A stretch of DNA of 64,000 bases, from assembly GCA_900322215.1 (NCBI GenBank), contig ONYW01000006.1:8304-72303 (forward strand), in the 5' to 3' direction. The notes under the pieces are model-generated. The model was not told the DNA's origin. It was given only the letters and a program-made list of their open reading frames with translations, and ran no database searches. The DNA comes from an uncultured Eubacteriales bacterium (lineage in GTDB: Bacteria > Bacillota > Clostridia > Christensenellales > CAG-917). How positions within the stretch are numbered: the first letter of the stretch is position 1; each line of letters starts with the position of its first letter. Below are positions 26,530 to 35,190 of the stretch, piece after piece. The position numbers and the translations under genes are program-made.

Positions 26530-28200
26530 ATGGAACTGAAATTTATGACCCCAACAGAAGTTTGGGAGGGATTCAATCCGGCGCAAGCGCCTTTAGAGTC
26601 GTCAATCATCTCGTCTGAGACGGACGACAATTTGGTTTGCTCCAAGCAATTTTTTACGGCGGACACGACGCCGAGCGGCAAACTCCGCGCATATATGGAA
26701 ATCTATTATGACAAACGCTGGGCAGACGACAGAGCGACGATTCTCATCCTGTCCACTCTGTCCAACGTAGATTATAAGGACTTCGCGCGCAGGCTTGTCG
26801 CGGAGGGCTACGTTGCCTGCATCGTCGACTATGCGGGCACTTTCAGCGATGAAAATTTGCACACGACCTTCCCGCAAGAGTATTCCTACGCCGAGTACCC
26901 CGAGGCACTTAGTCACATGCTTCACATAGAGACCGACGCGCGCCACACTCCGTGGTACGTGTGGACGCTCATTGCTCGTCGCGCTATCACCCTGCTCGTC
27001 GAGCACAAACTCGTCGACACGGAGCATATCGGCATTCTCGGAGTCAGTTCCGGAGCGCAAGTCGCCTGGCAAGTCGCAGGCATAGACAACCGAGTCCGCG
27101 CGCTCGTCGCGATCAACGGAAGCGGCTACCTTTGGGCAAACGGAAAACCTCGCTTTACGTCCACGAACATTCCGTCCAACGACGAGGAGCGTGCCTTCTC
27201 GACAGGCGTCGGTGCGGAGACGTATGCCCGCTTTGTCACCTGCCCCACGCTCTATATCGCGCTTGCTGAGTCTTCAACCAACGACATCGACCGCGCGGGC
27301 GACATCATGAGCGGAGTAAAATCCGCTTCAAAACAGTTTTTGATCTCCAACGGCGACGAGCAAATCACGTCGACGGAGTTTGAGACTATGCTCATTTGGC
27401 TTCGCACGAACTTCGCTCTCAGCGGAAAGACGTCCATTACGCCGACGATAACGTTCGAGGCAAGCGACGGCGAACTGTATGCAAAAATCAATTCTATAAA
27501 AGCCGTAGAAAAACGCAGTCTCTTCGTCTGCTACGGCGAACCTAATCCCTACAACAGATATTGGAAGCGAGTGGAAGACCTCAACAAGGTCGGCAACCAC
27601 GAGTATACCGCGCATATCCCCGTCATCAACGACAAAGAACTCATCGTTGCCTATGCGACGTTTGAATATGCGAGCGGCAACATCATTTCAACTCCCGTCA
27701 TCGGCGTCGTTCCGGAGAACCTTGACGTAAAGCCGGACGACAACCCGCTCGACGTCTACTCCTCCCGCATAATCTATGACGGAAGCATGGGACTCGGCAA
27801 CTTTATGCCGAAAACCCCGAGCCTTATCGTTCAAGACGGCGTCGTGCATCAGGCGGAAGGTCCGTTTGAGATCAAGGGCATAACCGCGGACGTCGGAGAC
27901 CTCGCGCTCTACCGCAGCGCGCACGAGATCGCGTCTCTCGACCGCACGACCTCTCTCCACTTCGACGCATACTCAAAGGAAGAGCGAGATTTGCAAGTCG
28001 TCATGACCACTTTCCCGAAACTCAAACGATACGTCGCGACCACGCACTTAAAGGGCGGCGAATTTTGGCAAAAGATACTACTTGAAAGCGCGGATTTCAA
28101 GAGCGACGAGGGTATGACGCTCGGCAAATTCTCGGACACGAAGTGTTTCTATGTCAAGGACGCGCACGGAGTCGTGTTCAACAACTTCCTTTGGATATAA
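26530..28200 (+). CDS. Alpha/beta hydrolase (acetyl-esterase/dienelactone-hydrolase-like) with C-terminal beta-rich domain
   Basis: 556 aa. Nucleophile elbow GILGVSSGAQ. No signal peptide is evident. Confidence 0.6.
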   Translation: MELKFMTPTEVWEGFNPAQAPLESSIISSETDDNLVCSKQFFTADTTPSGKLRAYMEIYYDKRWADDRATILILSTLSNVDYKDFARRLVAEGYVACIVDYAGTFSDENLHTTFPQEYSYAEYPEALSHMLHIETDARHTPWYVWTLIARRAITLLVEHKLVDTEHIGILGVSSGAQVAWQVAGIDNRVRALVAINGSGYLWANGKPRFTSTNIPSNDEERAFSTGVGAETYARFVTCPTLYIALAESSTNDIDRAGDIMSGVKSASKQFLISNGDEQITSTEFETMLIWLRTNFALSGKTSITPTITFEASDGELYAKINSIKAVEKRSLFVCYGEPNPYNRYWKRVEDLNKVGNHEYTAHIPVINDKELIVAYATFEYASGNIISTPVIGVVPENLDVKPDDNPLDVYSSRIIYDGSMGLGNFMPKTPSLIVQDGVVHQAEGPFEIKGITADVGDLALYRSAHEIASLDRTTSLHFDAYSKEERDLQVVMTTFPKLKRYVATTHLKGGEFWQKILLESADFKSDEGMTLGKFSDTKCFYVKDAHGVVFNNFLWI

Positions 28201-28242
28201 TCTTCCGAAGATTTTTGCGCAAGACAAAACATATACTTTAAT

Positions 28243-28881
28243 ATGACAGAAGATTTTTCAAATTTTGAACCGCTCGATTCGCCTTTAGAGCAAGAACTGG
28301 ACCCTCGACCTTCCCGCAAGCGCCAATTGATTACGGCGCTTATTTGCGTCGTTATCGTCGTGCTTCTTGCAGTCACGCTTGCGCTGATCATAAAGACCTA
28401 CGTCATTTCCACCTATACGGTGGACGGCATCTCGATGTACCCGACGCTTGACGGCGGTGGCGGTGCGTCCCTTGACGGTGACAGCAAAAACGGCGAAACG
28501 CTTTATCTCAACCGCCTTGCAAAAGTGAAGCGCGGAGATATAGTCGTCTTCTCTCCCGAGTGGGAGAGCATGAGGCAAGCGGACGGGACTTACAAGGCGC
28601 TCGTAAAGCGCGTCATCGCAATGAGCGGTGACCGCCTGCAAATCAAAAACGGCGCAGTTTGGCTCAACGGCGAACTGCTTGACGAGCCGTATATCAACGA
28701 GGCAATGGGGCATGAATACGACGGACTCGACATCGTAATCGGAGACGGCTATATGTTCTGTATGGGCGACAACAGAAATCACTCTTCAGACTGTCGCGCC
28801 TTCGGACAAGTGCCGCAGTCTTCCCTCATCGGCAAGTGTTTCCTCATCAAAGGCATCGACGGAAAACTCCGCAAACCGTAA
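28243..28881 (+). CDS. lepB: Signal peptidase I
   Basis: S26 boxes: GISMYPTL (Ser), VKRVIAMSGD (Lys), GDNRNHSSDCR. Confidence 0.88.
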   Translation: MTEDFSNFEPLDSPLEQELDPRPSRKRQLITALICVVIVVLLAVTLALIIKTYVISTYTVDGISMYPTLDGGGGASLDGDSKNGETLYLNRLAKVKRGDIVVFSPEWESMRQADGTYKALVKRVIAMSGDRLQIKNGAVWLNGELLDEPYINEAMGHEYDGLDIVIGDGYMFCMGDNRNHSSDCRAFGQVPQSSLIGKCFLIKGIDGKLRKP

Positions 28882-28917
28882 TTTATCATATCGAAATCAT
28901 CATATAAAGGTCGTTTT

Positions 28918-30213
28918 ATGGCAACTGATCCCAAAAAGAAAGTTCAGCAAAAAGTCAAAACTCAAGCAAAACGCCAAGTTAAAAAAGCCGCAAAGAAAAA
29001 CCCTGTCGGCTTTTTGATCGCGCTCATCGTCATAGTCGTTATCGTGGCAATCGCGCTTGTCGTGATGTACTTCACGGTGCCGTCGTTCAAGAGCACGATA
29101 AACGACATAATCTCGCCCTCGTCCTCTTCGACAAACAACGGCTCGAACAATTCGGGCGGAAACGGCTCGGGCACCAATCAAGGCTCCGACAATTCGGGTA
29201 ACAACGAAGATTTCAAAGCAGGCAACATTACTGCCGCAGATTTAGTTCTTGGTGAGGACGAACTCAAGGTTCATTTTATAGATATTGGGCAAGGAGATTG
29301 TATATACATACAGTTCCCAGACGGAAAAGATATGCTGATAGACTGTGGCTATCGCGATGCGTCCAACACGCTCGCCACAGGAATAAAAGATTCCGTAAAA
29401 GATTATTTGCTCGCTCTTATCACCGATAATGAGCTTACATATCTTATGCTTACTCATGGTGATCAAGACCACGTCAGCTGTATGGACGAAGTTTTTGATT
29501 TGTTTCAGGTTGACAACATATATATGCCAAACATTTTGGCGGCACCAAGCAACGCGAAGTTGCAAGCTCAAATTGCCGATTTACCAGAAGAAAAACTCGC
29601 GCTGTTCAAAGACCCAAACACATTGACGACAAAAGTTTACGCAGAGTTTTTTATAAAAGCATTAAGCGAGCCTAATTGTAATATATATCTAAACGTTGAC
29701 GAGAACAATACGTCAAATTCTATTGTCATTCACGACGAACAAAATACTTACAATCTCACATTCTACTGTATGACAGAACAAGGCTGGAATGAAAATACTT
29801 TGAAAAATGAATGGGAAAAGAACGAAATCTCTCCTGTGGGCATTTTGGAGTATAAAAACAAGCGTATTGTCTTCACTGGCGATAGCAACAAGAACAACGA
29901 ACCGGAAATCGCAGAACGTATCGGTCATATAGACTGCGATGTTCTTAAAGTAGCGCACCACGGGGCAGCAGAATCTTCCCTTCAAGTTTTCTTGGACGCA
30001 ATCACTTGCGAATATGCAGTATTCTGCTGTGGCACCGGCAACACGTATGGGCATCCAAGGCAAGCTGCAATCGATAGAATGTCAGATTATACCGCACTTT
30101 TCAGGACTGATTTAAATGGCAACATTATTTTGACAATATCGCCTGAGGGAGAACTCATTTTTAAAGTTGAGCGAGATGCCACACAAGAACAAGAACGTAC
30201 GGGACCAAAATAA
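28918..30213 (+). CDS. Membrane-anchored MBL-fold hydrolase (ComEC C-terminal-domain type)
   Basis: TM helix plus a Ser/Gly/Asn-rich linker, then the HFIDIGQGDC, LTHGDQDH and KVAHHGA motifs. Confidence 0.75.
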   Translation: MATDPKKKVQQKVKTQAKRQVKKAAKKNPVGFLIALIVIVVIVAIALVVMYFTVPSFKSTINDIISPSSSSTNNGSNNSGGNGSGTNQGSDNSGNNEDFKAGNITAADLVLGEDELKVHFIDIGQGDCIYIQFPDGKDMLIDCGYRDASNTLATGIKDSVKDYLLALITDNELTYLMLTHGDQDHVSCMDEVFDLFQVDNIYMPNILAAPSNAKLQAQIADLPEEKLALFKDPNTLTTKVYAEFFIKALSEPNCNIYLNVDENNTSNSIVIHDEQNTYNLTFYCMTEQGWNENTLKNEWEKNEISPVGILEYKNKRIVFTGDSNKNNEPEIAERIGHIDCDVLKVAHHGAAESSLQVFLDAITCEYAVFCCGTGNTYGHPRQAAIDRMSDYTALFRTDLNGNIILTISPEGELIFKVERDATQEQERTGPK

Positions 30214-30231
30214 TTTTTGACAATCATAATA

Positions 30232-30261
30232 AAAGGCGTTCCCAACGGAACGCCTTTTTGA
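30232..30261. terminator. Bidirectional rho-independent terminator
   Basis: AAAA-GGCGTTCC-caac-GGAACGCC-TTTTT between convergent genes. Confidence 0.8.
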
Positions 30262-30276
30262 TTGATAATTTTGTTT

Positions 30277-30906
30277 TTACTTTACTAATTCGATAAGCGC
30301 AAGCGCACGCTTCAGTGCCAGTTTTGAATTGACCTTGAATTGGAACGGAACTTCCTCGTACACTTTCTTGTGCCCTGTCGCAACGTGCGGTGTTTTGCCG
30401 TCGCAGAACTCAGGCGCATACGGGTCAAGCGGCAGGTTGACGCGGAGCGACGTGCCGATGATCGTCACTTTTGCAACGATGTCGCCGTCACGACGATATG
30501 TATCGCATTGTTTTGAAATGCGGCTCTTGATCTTTGGCGTGCCCTTTGGGGTGTCCGTAAGAGCGTCTTTGAGGATCGCATATCTTTCCTTGATGATATC
30601 GTTGGAAAGCGCGTATTTCTCTGCAAAAGTGAGGCTCTTTCTTGCCGCTTTCTTTGCCATAACTTTGTCATAGTTGAATCTCTTGCCGAGGGAGCTGTTG
30701 AGAGTGAGAACGTCTTCTTGCTCTTCGACGAATCTCTTGGACCTCTTTGGCGCATTCATTCTCTCATATGCAGTTGCGCAAGGAAAATCTGCTTCTTTGT
30801 CGCAGAAAGCACAATAATCATATGAGCCACACATATCACGATGATTGTTGACACTGTCAATCCATTTTTGCTGGTCGAGTTTGACTTGCAAAGCTAGTTT
30901 TTCCAT
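30277..30906 (-). CDS. Hypothetical protein with N-terminal Cys cluster (no family assigned)
   Basis: 209-aa ORF. CGSYDYCAFCDKEADFPC near the N-terminus, basic middle region. RBS-like GGAGATATACA precedes the ATG. Confidence 0.55.
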   Translation of the reverse strand: MEKLALQVKLDQQKWIDSVNNHRDMCGSYDYCAFCDKEADFPCATAYERMNAPKRSKRFVEEQEDVLTLNSSLGKRFNYDKVMAKKAARKSLTFAEKYALSNDIIKERYAILKDALTDTPKGTPKIKSRISKQCDTYRRDGDIVAKVTIIGTSLRVNLPLDPYAPEFCDGKTPHVATGHKKVYEEVPFQFKVNSKLALKRALALIELVK

Positions 30907-31168
30907 TGTATATCTCCATAAAAAATATGATTACTAATAATTACCAAGAGATATTATACGAGTTATTTTTCATTTTGTCTAACATTTCGTGCAACATTTT
31001 TTATTTTTTCGACGCTCTAAAAACACGGTTTTTGGCAAAAACCTTAACTTTTTAGCGTTTTCAGCATTCTAACCGCATCATTTTTACAATATTTTGCTGT
31101 TTTCGATATTCTAACTCTATGAATTTTCATACAAATGTAGCATTTTTGACAAAATTCGTTCTTTGCTG

Positions 31169-31197
31169 TTGTGACAAATTGTACGTTGTGTTATAAT
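31169..31197 (+). promoter_or_regulatory. Extended -10 promoter giving a leaderless transcript
   Basis: TTGTGA - 17 nt - (TGT)TATAAT - 6 nt - ATG(31204). Confidence 0.55.
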
Positions 31198-31203
31198 GCG
31201 AAT

Positions 31204-31920
31204 ATGGACAAATTGTCAAGTTTTGAATTTGAAAATTGGAGCGAAAAAGAGTTTGCTTGTCTTCGCGAGACGCTTGCCTCTCTTGCGCATCCCGAAAACG
31301 TCGAGTGGGAAAACCGAATCGTAAACACTGGCTACCCTCTCCTTTCCATATATACAAAACCGCTCAGGGAAATAGCAAAGAGCATCGCAAAAGGCAACGC
31401 GCATTCCTTTCTTGCGGGCAACCCCTGCTACTATCATGAAGAACTCGTCCTGCAATGCCTTGTTATCGGCGCGCTCAAAGACGCTGACGAACAGATGAGA
31501 CTTCTCCCATCCTTCCTTGAAAGGTGCGACTCTTGGGCGCATACTGACTCTCTCAAATTCCGTATAACAAACGAAAACTCGGACGTTTGGTTTGAATATG
31601 CAAAATCCCTCACTCGGGCACACGGCGTGTTCGAGCGCCGCTGCGGTCTGCTCATCTTTTTCAAATTTTTGCAAACGGACAAACTGCAAGATATATTTGC
31701 CGTCCTTGCTTCTATGCGCGAAGAAAAAGAATACTACGTGAATATGGCGATATCTTGGCTCGTGTGCGAGGCGTTCGTAAAGCGAAGGGACGAGACTCTC
31801 GCATTCTTAGCCTCCGACAGCCTCTCCCTTTGGACGCAAAACAAGGCGATCTCTAAGTGTCGAGACAGTTTTCGCGTCTCCCCCTCCGACAAAGAACTGC
31901 TCCTCACCCTAAAAAAATAG
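31204..31920 (+). CDS. DNA alkylation repair protein (AlkD-like HEAT-repeat family)
   Basis: 238 aa from ATG 31204; the track start at 31171 is a GTG inside the promoter. Helical-repeat pattern and ..ISWLVCEAFVKRRDETL.. resemble the DNA alkylation repair family. Confidence 0.6.
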   Translation: MDKLSSFEFENWSEKEFACLRETLASLAHPENVEWENRIVNTGYPLLSIYTKPLREIAKSIAKGNAHSFLAGNPCYYHEELVLQCLVIGALKDADEQMRLLPSFLERCDSWAHTDSLKFRITNENSDVWFEYAKSLTRAHGVFERRCGLLIFFKFLQTDKLQDIFAVLASMREEKEYYVNMAISWLVCEAFVKRRDETLAFLASDSLSLWTQNKAISKCRDSFRVSPSDKELLLTLKK

Positions 31921-32039
31921 TCGCAGACGTGCCGTTTTGCGCCCCGCACAACAAAAATCCCCGCCAACCTGACCAAAATCCCTTTACTATTCTCAAAAAT
32001 ATGTTAGAATATACAAGCACAAAGCAACTCATCATCTTT

Positions 32040-32116
32040 GTTCGTGTAGCTCAGTAGGATAGAGCGTTCGCCTCCTAAGCGAAAGGTCGGGGGTTCGATT
32101 CCCTTCACGAACGCCA
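32040..32116 (+). tRNA. tRNA-Arg (anticodon CCT)
   Basis: GTTCGTGTAGCTCAGTAGGATAGAGCGTTCGCCTCCTAAGCGAAAGGTCGGGGGTTCGATTCCCTTCACGAACGCCA. The T-stem contains two G-U pairs. Confidence 0.85.
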
Positions 32117-32118
32117 AA

Positions 32119-32149
32119 ACAGCCCATAGCCCTACGGGCTGTTTTTTTG
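32119..32149 (+). terminator. Rho-independent terminator after tRNA-Arg
   Basis: CAGCCC-n10-GGGCTG followed by T7. Confidence 0.75.
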
Positions 32150-32221
32150 TATGAACATATGGCTTTGCTTGCAAAGGAATTATGGGCATACAAAAAAACA
32201 TATCGTCAAAGACGATGGGCT

Positions 32222-32582
32222 GTTGCAAGCAAGTTGCCCACCGGCAGGGACAAGGGAAGCACTTCCCCCAAGTGCATTACCTTCACACACAAGCGTTTGT
32301 ATTGGGCAAGCATCAAGTGCTTGCATGAAGATGATTGCACAAGACAAAAATAACACGCTGAGCGTGGATTGCTTGTGGCAAATTGCCCACCGGCAGGGAC
32401 AAGGGAAGCACTCGCAAGAGTGCATTCCCCTCACGCACAAGCGTTTGTATTGGGCAAGCATCGAGTGCTTGCATGAAGATGATTGCACAAGACAAAAAAA
32501 ACACGCAGAGCGTGGATTGCTTATGGCATGTTGCCCGTCGGCGAGACACAGGGAAGCACTCGCAAGAGTGCATTACCTCTCA
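32222..32582. repeat. 148-bp tandem repeat (about 2.4 copies) built from short hairpins
   Basis: TTGCCC anchors at 32235, 32383 and 32531. Hairpins GCACTT-ccccc-AAGTGC versus GCACTC-gcaa-GAGTGC (a compensatory change), GCAAGCA-n5-TGCTTGC and CACGC-nga-GCGTG. Contains a GATGATTGCAC linker. Confidence 0.9.
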
Positions 32583-32593
32583 AAAAGCGTACA

Positions 32594-32954
32594 AATTGGG
32601 GTACGCTTTTACTCAGTAAAAGCGCAACCTGATTGGAACGCTTTTTTCGTACTACCGCGCGCAACATTGTTTGCTAAACCACACGAGAAAATCTGTGTCT
32701 TGCCTGTGTTTCGCAACAATCTTGTGCTTGGTGGCATGCTTCGCATGCATATAATTAATGTTATGTTAAAACTATAATGCCATAGGCGCACCAATTGGGG
32801 TACGCTTTTACTCAGTAAAAGCGCAACCTGATTGGAACGCTTTTTTCGTACTACCGCGCGCAACATTGTTTGCTAAACCGCACGAGAAAATCTGTGTCTT
32901 GCCTGTGTTTCGCAACAATCTTGCGCTTGGTGGCATGCTCCGCATGCTTACTAT
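32594..32954. repeat. Two copies of a roughly 152-bp hairpin-rich unit, 209 bp apart
   Basis: 32594-32745 versus 32803-32954 differ at only a few bases. Hairpins GCTTTTAC-tca-GTAAAAGC and GCATGC-t(t/c)c-GCATGC. Confidence 0.9.
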
Positions 32955-33030
32955 TAAAACGGCGTTAAAAACAAATAGGTGTAAAAAAATACGACGGCAT
33001 CAGGACTGTGCCGTACAAATGATTTTTGTA

Positions 33031-33058
33031 TTGAAAAATACAAACTGTATGGTATAAT
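33031..33058 (+). promoter_or_regulatory. Extended -10 promoter of glgB
   Basis: TTGAAA - 16 nt - (TGg)TATAAT, followed about 25 nt later by RBS AGGAGGGG. Confidence 0.6.
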
Positions 33059-33099
33059 ATATTGAAGAAAGATTACGTTGCCTTTCAGGAGGGGCGGAT

Positions 33100-35097
33100 A
33101 TGTACCGTATTTTGGAATACTTTCCGGAACTTAAAGCGTTTGAATCGGATATTAATCTCAGAATGGACAGGTATTTCGGCAAGAAAAAACAACTTGTCGG
33201 AGAGCGCGGATCGCTAAAAGATTTTGCGAACGCTCACAAGCACTTCGGATTTCACCGCATGAACGGCGGATGGGTGTATAGAGAGTGGGCTCCTGCCGCG
33301 GACGCGCTGTACCTCACGGGGGACTTCAACGACTGGCATTGGACGGACCACCCTATGACGAGAGTGGAAAACGGCTGTTGGGAACTGTTCCTCCCCGGCG
33401 ACACTTTGAAGCGTTGCAGCAGAGTGCTGACTATCGTCAAAAACGGCGACCGCCTCACTCAGCACATACCTTTGTATGCGAGGCGCGTTACGCAGGACTG
33501 GGTGACGCAAAGTTGGTGCTGCGAAGTGCTTGACGACGAGGAATACGCCTGGACGGATCAAGGATTTGAAAACAACGAACCGCCCCTCATCTACGAAGTG
33601 CATATCGGTATGTCCAGCGAGGAGCACAAGATCTCGACCTACCGCGAATTTGCGGACAATATTCTTCCGCACGTGCAGGACGCGGGCTACAACACCATTC
33701 AGCTTATGGCGGTCATGGAGCATCCGTTCTACGGTTCGTTCGGCTACCAAGTGAGCAACTTTTTTGCGCCGTCAAGCCGTTTCGGCTACCCTGACGAACT
33801 CAAATACCTCGTAAACAAGGCTCACTCTATGGGCATACGCGTGCTCCTCGACGTCGTACACTCTCACGCGGTCGGCAATACGCTCGAGGGCATAAACCTG
33901 TTTGACGGAACGGATTATCAATTCTTCCACCAGGGCGCGCAGGGCGACCACCCTGCTTGGGGCACGAAACTCTTTGACTATGACAAACCGGAAGTTTTGC
34001 ACTTCCTGCTTAGCAACCTTAAATACTGGATCGAAGAATACCACTTTGACGGTTTCCGCTTTGACGGCGTAACGTCTATGCTGTATCACGACCACGGTCT
34101 CGGCTCGAACTTCACCAACCTCGGCATGTACTTCACGATGAACACGGACGTGGAGGCGGTGACGTATCTTCAACTCGCAAACGAACTCGTGCGCGAAGTC
34201 AACCCGCACTGTATGACGATAGCCGAAGATATGAGCGGTATGCCGGGTATGTGCGAAAAAGTCGAGTACGGCGGAATAGGCTTTGACTACCGCCTCGGCA
34301 TGGGGCTCCCCGACCTTTGGATCAAACTCATCAAAGAGTGGAAGGACGAGGACTGGAATCTCGGCATGATTTGGGGAGAACTGACAAACCGCAACGCGCG
34401 CACGATAGCCTATGTCGAGAGCCACGACCAAGCGCTTGTCGGCGACAAGACGATAATGTTCAGGCTTGCGGATGCAAATATGTACACGCAAATGGAAAAG
34501 TGGTGCCATACGCCCGAAATCGACAGAGCGGTCGCCCTGCACAAACTCATTCGTCTCCTCACGATGGGCGCGGGCGGAAACGGCTACCTCACCTTTATGG
34601 GCAACGAGTTCGGACACCCCGAATGGATAGACTTCCCTCGCCCCGGCAACGGCAACAGTTTTAAGTATTGCAGGAGACAATGGTCGCTGCTCGCAAACGG
34701 AAATCTCAAATTCCAACAACTCAACGATTTCGACCACGATATGATTCACACGGCGAAATACTTCCACATATTCGATCAGTCCTACCCCGACCTCAAATGG
34801 GTGCATGAGGACGACAAAGTCATCGCATTTGAGAGAGGCGGACTCGTGTTTGTGTTCAACTTCTCGCCGAATCGCGACTACCGCGACTACGCTATCCCCG
34901 TCAGCCACGGCGAGGATCACGAGATACTCTTCACGAGCGATGATTCAAGATACGGCGGTTTCGACCGCATAGGACACGCTCCCGTCAGCGCGTTCGTGCC
35001 GGGTATGAACGGGAACTTTGTAAAACTGTATCTCCCCGCTCGCACCTGTATGGTGTTAAAACCGAAGAGCCTGAAAGCCCCTACAAACGAACAATAA
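33100..35097 (+). CDS. glgB: 1,4-alpha-glucan branching enzyme (GH13)
   Basis: GH13 catalytic regions DVVHSH, GFRFDGVTSM, AEDMSG and ESHDQALVGDK. 665 aa. Confidence 0.88.
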   Translation: MYRILEYFPELKAFESDINLRMDRYFGKKKQLVGERGSLKDFANAHKHFGFHRMNGGWVYREWAPAADALYLTGDFNDWHWTDHPMTRVENGCWELFLPGDTLKRCSRVLTIVKNGDRLTQHIPLYARRVTQDWVTQSWCCEVLDDEEYAWTDQGFENNEPPLIYEVHIGMSSEEHKISTYREFADNILPHVQDAGYNTIQLMAVMEHPFYGSFGYQVSNFFAPSSRFGYPDELKYLVNKAHSMGIRVLLDVVHSHAVGNTLEGINLFDGTDYQFFHQGAQGDHPAWGTKLFDYDKPEVLHFLLSNLKYWIEEYHFDGFRFDGVTSMLYHDHGLGSNFTNLGMYFTMNTDVEAVTYLQLANELVREVNPHCMTIAEDMSGMPGMCEKVEYGGIGFDYRLGMGLPDLWIKLIKEWKDEDWNLGMIWGELTNRNARTIAYVESHDQALVGDKTIMFRLADANMYTQMEKWCHTPEIDRAVALHKLIRLLTMGAGGNGYLTFMGNEFGHPEWIDFPRPGNGNSFKYCRRQWSLLANGNLKFQQLNDFDHDMIHTAKYFHIFDQSYPDLKWVHEDDKVIAFERGGLVFVFNFSPNRDYRDYAIPVSHGEDHEILFTSDDSRYGGFDRIGHAPVSAFVPGMNGNFVKLYLPARTCMVLKPKSLKAPTNEQ

Positions 35098-35103
35098 AAA
35101 TAT

Positions 35104-35157
35104 AAAAAAACAAAACCCGCTATACTTTGCAAAATGCGAAAAGTAGCGGGTTTTTTG
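35104..35157. terminator. Bidirectional terminator (long-loop hairpin)
   Basis: A7..AACCCGCTA-n21-TAGCGGGTT-TTTT between convergent genes. Confidence 0.6.
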
Positions 35158-35190
35158 TTGCTATACGTTTTGGTTTTCAAAGGGAAAAAT

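Noticed and set aside
31067-31128. GTTTTC-N3-ATTCTAAC direct repeats (third similar copy at 42131-42148) considered as ECF-type promoter elements.
   Set aside because: Spacing to any GAAC-like -35 is inconsistent between copies, and the third copy sits at the 3' end of a gene with nothing downstream to transcribe. Kept only as a note under the orphan gene.
32151-32777. 208-aa ORF and overlapping ORFs (32180-32488, 32313-32573, 32383-32619) downstream of tRNA-Arg.
   Set aside because: The reading frames simply propagate through the 148-bp tandem repeat on both strands. They have no RBS, and the peptide repeats mirror the DNA repeats.
32150-32960. The roughly 800-nt hairpin-rich block next to a tRNA considered as a large ornate RNA (GOLLD/ROOL-like).
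   Set aside because: It is built from tandemly duplicated units, not one long-range fold, and I recognise no conserved GOLLD or ROOL sequence features. This can only be settled by an Infernal scan.
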